From NCBI GenBank assembly GCA_024720975.1, contig JANJXX010000005.1, positions 1 through 64,000 of the forward strand: 64,000 bases of DNA, given 5' to 3'. The translations under genes were made by a program, and so were the position numbers. Below are positions 58,440-64,000 of the stretch, piece by piece (the stretch's first letter is position 1; each line of letters begins with the position of its first letter). The DNA comes from Thermoproteota archaeon (lineage in GTDB: Archaea; Asgardarchaeota; Njordarchaeia; Njordarchaeales; Panguiarchaeaceae). The notes beneath the pieces are model-generated. The model did no database searches, was not told the DNA's origin, and worked only from the letters and a program-made list of their open reading frames with translations.

Positions 58440-59876
58440 ATGTCTATCAAGAAAATGATGAGTATAGAAGAAGTTGATGAAGTGCTTTCTCTCCAAGAAA
58501 AAACCTCCAAAAAGCTAGCGTACGTAGTGCTAGTGGCCATCGGATACTTTTGGGCAGTAGGCTTTGGTTTGCCAATAATGCTTTACCAACCGGGACTAAG
58601 CTACTTACTGAGTTTGTTATCAAGTATCCTCGGTGGGCTAGCAGGGTACATGCCCATAATCGTTACTGCAATTGCTATCGTATTCCTGTTAATGTTTGCT
58701 GCAGCAATTATTTTCCTCAAGCTCATAGCGAAGTTTGCTAAGGAATTCCTAATGGCAGTACACATTATGGGCAGCATGTTTATATTAATCCTTGGGCTCA
58801 TGTGCTTTGCAGCACCGTACGCAGAAGTGTGGGTTATTGGCGCATTATATATAGGGTTGGGTGTGCTAGCACTAATATCTTCCATTATGCAAAGGAGACG
58901 CATAATTCTCGTTGGAAGATTAATTGAAGTTTCAGGAAGGGCAGTTTATGATGAGAAAGGTACAATATTGGCGGTGTTAGTCAAATCATTATTGATATTC
59001 TTAACATCGATAGCATTCATTATAACGGAAGTGCTCACAGTATTTTTTGCAATCGAAGTGTTTCAGGGATATGAATATGGGTCCTACATAGTAGTCGCGA
59101 TTGCGAACATAACAGCGATTTTTTATTCGTGGGCAATAACATTTATAGATGTATTCTTCTCAGCGGTGATAGTTAGGATTATACATGATTGGTATAGATC
59201 ACCAGAGTTGGACGTCGCTAGTTTCTCAAAAGGATTATCAAAAGCCTGGGAGGTTTCGGGAACCATCGCGAAATATTCTCTTCTAATGGCAATACTGTAC
59301 TTTGTTGTTCGTAGGGCTCGAAGGGAAGCACAAGATAGAAAAATTGGTTTTGCAGCAAAGTCAGTAGCTTTAGCAGCTGGAATCTCTGTCGCAATGCTTG
59401 AATTCTTGGGATTCTACTTAATACCAGCCGCGGTTATCAGAAGAGCAGGTTTTAAAAAATCCCTTAAGGATTCTATTGACAAGTTAAGGGGTCTCTTTAT
59501 AGAGACCTTAATAGGGATGTACGGATTTGGCTTCACTCTTGCTATGTGTGCCTTCATAGCAGCTCTACTAATGGGCGGAATAGGCTGGATAATTGGTGTC
59601 GCGATATTTACTCCGCTACTTGGGCTAACTGAGGAAACAATTCGGGTCGGAATAATCACTGGAGTTGCATTCCTACTATTGACTCCAATACCCATAGCAT
59701 TTGCCACATCTGCGGTCTCTGTTGCATTTAAGACAATAATGTACGAGTATGGTCTCGATATAGAGTTCGCTATCCGAGGCATGTATCTCCCGTCAAGGTT
59801 ACCAGAAGATGTGAGAAAGATCTTTAATGAAACACTGGCCAGAAAAGGTCTGCAAATCCCGCAGATGATTGCCTAG
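58440..59876 (+). CDS. CTL/SLC44 (choline transporter-like) family membrane protein, putative
   Basis: About 10 TM; RRRI, DWY, SGTIAKYSLLMAI, GFKKS, KTIMYEYGLD match the CTL motif order. Confidence 0.6.
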   Translation: MSIKKMMSIEEVDEVLSLQEKTSKKLAYVVLVAIGYFWAVGFGLPIMLYQPGLSYLLSLLSSILGGLAGYMPIIVTAIAIVFLLMFAAAIIFLKLIAKFAKEFLMAVHIMGSMFILILGLMCFAAPYAEVWVIGALYIGLGVLALISSIMQRRRIILVGRLIEVSGRAVYDEKGTILAVLVKSLLIFLTSIAFIITEVLTVFFAIEVFQGYEYGSYIVVAIANITAIFYSWAITFIDVFFSAVIVRIIHDWYRSPELDVASFSKGLSKAWEVSGTIAKYSLLMAILYFVVRRARREAQDRKIGFAAKSVALAAGISVAMLEFLGFYLIPAAVIRRAGFKKSLKDSIDKLRGLFIETLIGMYGFGFTLAMCAFIAALLMGGIGWIIGVAIFTPLLGLTEETIRVGIITGVAFLLLTPIPIAFATSAVSVAFKTIMYEYGLDIEFAIRGMYLPSRLPEDVRKIFNETLARKGLQIPQMIA

Positions 59877-59945
59877 TTTCCTAAAGTCTTTTCAGCTTTT
59901 GTATTTTTTAACTTTTTTTGTTCTTATTCCTCTTGGTGCAATAAG

Positions 59946-60422
59946 TTGTCTGCCTTAAAAGAGGCATCTAAAGCAACTCTCGCTGTATTTTTAGCAATAA
60001 TAATAGGCTTGCTCATACAAAAGGCAATGACAGACCCAAGTCACTTCCACAATATGCTACTAGATCCAAAACAGATAATCGATTATATCTTCAGTAGTTT
60101 ACTTAGTCCAGTGGGTAGTATTTCTCCATTTGTGATTCTGTTAGCAGTATTTGCCCTCATGGTATCTTCGTTTAGTTCGCTGCAGAAATTAGGAGTGGCT
60201 CCAACAGTTAGCATGGAGAAAGCGCCAAAGAAAAAAGTCAGAGAGGAAAAAGCCGAGGCAGCCCCTAAAGTCCCTGAAGTGAGGGAGCCGACTCCAACAG
60301 GTCCTACCGAACCGTGTCCAATCTGTGGTAAGCCAAAACCCATGGGAAGAGCAATTTGCAAGGAATGTGAAGAAAAACTCAAAGCAGGTCCAGAAGCTTT
60401 TTCAAAACCATCTGAGGGATAG
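59946..60422 (+). CDS. Two-TM protein with C-terminal Zn ribbon
   Basis: Two hydrophobic helices, Pro/Lys/Glu linker, CPICG...CKEC. Confidence 0.7.
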   Translation: MSALKEASKATLAVFLAIIIGLLIQKAMTDPSHFHNMLLDPKQIIDYIFSSLLSPVGSISPFVILLAVFALMVSSFSSLQKLGVAPTVSMEKAPKKKVREEKAEAAPKVPEVREPTPTGPTEPCPICGKPKPMGRAICKECEEKLKAGPEAFSKPSEG

Positions 60423-60552
60423 CATCACGCTAGATGCCGCTTTAGCATTATTAAAAGCGTTTTTTGATCCTAACTTTTGAGCAATTTGATGTAGCGAGTT
60501 ATTAAAATGTAATTGCAGCTGCATATTATCCTTTTTAGACTGGTGATCATCC

Positions 60553-61263
60553 ATGTCTAGCGATTATTTGATAAAGTTGGAGAATGTAACGAAGGAATTT
60601 AGCGGTAAAAAAGGTCGTGTAAAAGCTCTAGAGGACATAAATCTTGAGATTAAACGCGGAGAGTTTGTCGTTATTGTTGGTCCAAGTGGTGCAGGAAAGA
60701 CAACTTTGCTAAATATAATGGCTGGTATGGACAGGCCGACAAAGGGGCGAGTTATATTCTCTGGGAGAGATTATGGCGATCTGGACGAAGAAGAACTCGC
60801 TAAATTAAGGAGGGAGAAGTTTGGTTTCATATTTCAGTTCTTTAACCTTATAGATTCACTAACAGTAGTTGAGAATGTCATTGCACCGGCTTTGCCCTCT
60901 GACTTACCAATACGCGAAATAAGTGCAAGAGCTGAGGAGCTCCTAGCAGGAATGAAACTATTATCAAAGAAATATAGATTTCCAAAAGAGCTTTCAGCGG
61001 GTGAACAACAGAGAGTTGCCATCGCTAGGGCTATGATAACTAAGCCTGAAGTTCTCTTTTGTGATGAGCCTACTGCACAGTTAGATGAGGAAATGACCGA
61101 AAAAGTACTTAATGACCTAATAGAAATAAACCGAGCTGGTACTACAGTAATCCTCGCGACGGCCTCAGAAACGGTAGCAAATAAATTGCGGCGCTCTGGA
61201 GCAAGAACGATACACATTGAATATGGGAAGATAACAAGTACTGAGACCCCGCGAAGGAGTTAG
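60553..61263 (+). CDS. LolD/MacB-type ABC ATPase (switch His absent)
   Basis: GPSGAGKT, FIFQFFNL, LSAGEQQRVAIARA, DEPT; ATA in place of ATH. Confidence 0.88.
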   Translation: MSSDYLIKLENVTKEFSGKKGRVKALEDINLEIKRGEFVVIVGPSGAGKTTLLNIMAGMDRPTKGRVIFSGRDYGDLDEEELAKLRREKFGFIFQFFNLIDSLTVVENVIAPALPSDLPIREISARAEELLAGMKLLSKKYRFPKELSAGEQQRVAIARAMITKPEVLFCDEPTAQLDEEMTEKVLNDLIEINRAGTTVILATASETVANKLRRSGARTIHIEYGKITSTETPRRS

Positions 61264-61283
61264 CTCTTCTCTTAAATCATTTT

Positions 61284-62015
61284 TTAGTTTCCAAGCATTT
61301 TCTTGAACACAATAGGAGACACGACTATGTACCCTAGAATCGCAGATAACAACAACCAGAGAATGTTCTGCAATGGATCAAGCGATAGTGAGATCATGGG
61401 ATAAACTCCGAAGCAGAGGATTCCAATAATAACAGACACCAAAACTGATTTAATTCCAGCGCGCGTTTTAGTACTAGGAAAGCTTATGCTTGATATCATT
61501 AAGAATGCAGCCGCCAGCATCAGTGCTAGTGCTACTGCGGGACTTAAGGGATATATGCAATTAATTATGAGTCCTCCGAATAATGCAGCTCCAGTTATTG
61601 CCAATCCTTCAAAATATTCCTTAGAGCCGAATAAATTAAACCTCGCTAGTCTAAGTGCACCAAATGAAGCAAAAATAGCTCCTATTACTATTGCATATGG
61701 GGTCAACTGAGGATTTTTGTCAACGGTAATTCGTACTAGTAGAAATGCTGGTGCGACGCCGAAGGACACCTCATCGCAAAGTGAATCCAGTTCCCTACCA
61801 AAGTCACTAGCAGCGCCAAGTTTTCTTGCGATGAATCCGTCTGCGCCATCGAATATGATAGCCAATGTAATGAATAAAAAGCTAGTTAGGTAGTCACCGA
61901 CGGATGCAAAGTATATCGCTATAAAACCTGAGACAACATTAGATAGCGTGAATATGTTAGGTATTGTAAAGAAAAATTTCATACCGCCTTTTCTAATGGT
62001 AACGCCCATTTTCAA
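61284..62015 (-). CDS. pssA: CDP-alcohol phosphatidyltransferase, phosphatidyl/archaetidylserine synthase type
   Basis: PNIFTLSN, DGADGFIAR...FGRELDSLCDEVSFGVAPA, LRLARFN, FEGL. Confidence 0.88.
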   Translation of the reverse strand: MKMGVTIRKGGMKFFFTIPNIFTLSNVVSGFIAIYFASVGDYLTSFLFITLAIIFDGADGFIARKLGAASDFGRELDSLCDEVSFGVAPAFLLVRITVDKNPQLTPYAIVIGAIFASFGALRLARFNLFGSKEYFEGLAITGAALFGGLIINCIYPLSPAVALALMLAAAFLMISSISFPSTKTRAGIKSVLVSVIIGILCFGVYPMISLSLDPLQNILWLLLSAILGYIVVSPIVFKKMLGN

Positions 62016-62122
62016 CGAACCAGAATCGACACTATGGTGTTAAAGTTCTAAAAGCTCCGAAAATCGCTAAAAACACCGCTGATATAAATGAAAAATGATA
62101 TAAAAACACTTGGTGTCTATAG

Positions 62123-64000
62123 ATGAATAAAAAGCTCTACACATTTCTAATACCTCTACTTACTCTTTACATGGTAATTTTTGCAACGGTGCATGAAGCA
62201 GAATTTAGCAACCAATGTTGTAGTCCTATAAGTACAATCCTCCATTCCAATGAAAATCAAACAAAGAATATGATTAAAATCACACTTTTTGTAGCACCGG
62301 ATTCATCTTATGAAGTTCTTAAGAGGCTCTTCGAGATGGCGAATACCTCAGTAGATATCATAGCGTATGAAATGTGGAGCGAGAACATACTAGACTTGAT
62401 AAATAAATCAGCCCGGCGAGGTGTAGAAGTTAGGGTTCTACTCGAAAAAGATCCGTATGGAGGAAGCGAATGGAATTTGAATATGTCTGCAATGCTGTAT
62501 AAGCTGAAGCTAGAGGGACTTCCAATTGAAGTGAAACTAGAAAACAATGCAACTAGGTATCTTCACGCTAAAGCTCTTATTGTGGATAGCTCAGTAGTAC
62601 TAATTACCAGCGAAAATTTTCTACCAACAGCATTTCCTCCGAATCTTACGAATATAGCTTTGCAACCATATCGCACTGTCTCTAGGGGTTGGGGCGTCGT
62701 AATTTTCGACGCAAACTTCGCTGCAGAGTGCAAAAAAGTATTTGATAATTTGTATGTTAATGAGTCAATTTACTATGATCCAAGTATGGGAGCAGGAGAG
62801 AAACCTACCATAACCGGGTATATGTCGTTTTCTCCTGTTTTTGAGGCCAAGGAAGTTCATGTGAATAATGTTAAATTTGTTTTGTCTCCATCGAATTCTA
62901 TAACTTTGATGAAGGAAGCCCTTAATCTCGCTAAAAATATGGTTCTTATCGAGCAGATGTACATTATTGAAAGCGATCAAAGTGTATCAGATTTAATAAA
63001 TATACTCGACCAAAAAGTCGACGAAGGTACGACAGTGCAAATAATTCTAGAGGACAACCCGCCTGGAAATTATAACAGCACCGCGCAAAGTCTAATCCAA
63101 CGGGGGTTTCATGTAGTTCCAGCGTTCTACTACGAACCCAAGTTATTTTTGCATAATAAGGGAATACTAATTGATGACAGGTACGCGTTAGTGGGATCAA
63201 TTAACTGGTCGGGCTCAGCATTACTCAAAAATATTGAGTTCGCTGCATTAATAGATGGTACTGAGGCAGCTCTATACTTTAAGAAAGTTTTTGAGTGGGA
63301 TTGGAACAAAAGCTCTAGTGAGCCATTTGACACAGACTCTGATGGGCTTCCAAATTGTTATGAACGCGATAATGGTTTAAATCCCTACGAAGTTGATAGT
63401 GACTCCGATGGTCTAACTGATTATGATGAAGTGTTTAAATATGGCACAGATCCTAAAACTTCGGATGCAGTAACCGCAACAATAGAAAACTATACCAACG
63501 TAAGTGTTGTACCAAGTAAGAGTATTGTCATAAAATGGTCGCTCAAAAATAGGCATCATGTGTCTGAAGTATTAATCTGCGTTAATGGAACAGAAGTTCA
63601 GCGACTAGATCCTGATAAAACAAATGCAACTATTGAACTTAATGATAGGGCTTGGTCAATGGTAGAAGTTATACCAAAAGTTACAATACCCGTTAAAGTA
63701 TTCCCATCGAGGGTAATTATCTACGTAGACTCTCAGCCTCCAGCTCTGGAGATACTATCCCCGCAGAACAATACTAGTGTAAAGAACAGAAACGTGTACA
63801 TAAGACTCATTGTAATAGACGATACATCGGTAACGCTCACAATATATTTAAATAGCACTCAAGTTTACAAGAAGTCGATACAAACAAACATCACTGTGGA
63901 TATACAAATTCATTTAGACTACGGCTTAAACTTAATAACTATTGTTGCGCGTGATGCTGCTGGTAATGAAGCAGAGAAACTTCTCTATATCTACACCACA
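62123..64000 (+). CDS. Exported phospholipase D family protein with TSP3-like repeats and Ig-like domains (runs off window)
   Basis: Not in ORF track. Manual translation: signal peptide, HAKALIVD and HNKGILIDD...GSINWS HKD motifs, DTDSDGLP/DSDSDGLTD..E...GTDP repeats, DSQPPALEILSP Ig-like start. Confidence 0.85.
   Translation, partial: MNKKLYTFLIPLLTLYMVIFATVHEAEFSNQCCSPISTILHSNENQTKNMIKITLFVAPDSSYEVLKRLFEMANTSVDIIAYEMWSENILDLINKSARRGVEVRVLLEKDPYGGSEWNLNMSAMLYKLKLEGLPIEVKLENNATRYLHAKALIVDSSVVLITSENFLPTAFPPNLTNIALQPYRTVSRGWGVVIFDANFAAECKKVFDNLYVNESIYYDPSMGAGEKPTITGYMSFSPVFEAKEVHVNNVKFVLSPSNSITLMKEALNLAKNMVLIEQMYIIESDQSVSDLINILDQKVDEGTTVQIILEDNPPGNYNSTAQSLIQRGFHVVPAFYYEPKLFLHNKGILIDDRYALVGSINWSGSALLKNIEFAALIDGTEAALYFKKVFEWDWNKSSSEPFDTDSDGLPNCYERDNGLNPYEVDSDSDGLTDYDEVFKYGTDPKTSDAVTATIENYTNVSVVPSKSIVIKWSLKNRHHVSEVLICVNGTEVQRLDPDKTNATIELNDRAWSMVEVIPKVTIPVKVFPSRVIIYVDSQPPALEILSPQNNTSVKNRNVYIRLIVIDDTSVTLTIYLNSTQVYKKSIQTNITVDIQIHLDYGLNLITIVARDAAGNEAEKLLYIYTT

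Noticed and set aside
1-64000. tRNA/rRNA genes, CRISPR arrays, integrases, selenoprotein readthrough
   Set aside because: None recognised by eye; tRNAscan-SE or Infernal would be needed to exclude split or intron-containing tRNAs.

Overview
64 kb of gene-dense archaeal chromosome, using GGTGA-type Shine-Dalgarno sites and TTTTTAAG/TTTATA-type TATA boxes. The host is probably a thermophilic Asgard-type archaeon. This is inferred from a Rab-like GTPase, a roadblock-like protein, eS25, presenilin-like, TRAP-beta-like and CTL/SLC44-like proteins, and the branched-chain polyamine synthase BpsA. Housekeeping genes include aRF1, pheS, pgk, gap, argF, pyrI, thiI, uS7, uS12, alba, cdd, speD, moaA and hypA. 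The most notable non-obvious signal is three dispersed copies (38596-38920 +, 41336-41661 +, 53633-53903 -) of a 270-325 bp element: a conserved archaeal promoter, a differently deleted tnpB remnant, and a conserved structured ~200-nt tail ending CAACCACT. These look like minimal TnpB omegaRNA (guide RNA) expression cassettes, each with a different 3' flank. The one surviving RuvC-III motif has His where the catalytic Asp is expected, and two of the copies flank the separated, convergent rps7 and rps12 genes. Also found: a box C/D sRNA predicted to guide 2'-O-methylation of 23S rRNA helix 69, hairpins on both sides of speD, a secreted PPC-PPC-caspase-like protease, a divergent TFB paralogue, and a CTL-transporter/pssA/phospholipase D neighbourhood. 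All assignments come from motif recognition by eye; no database searches were run.
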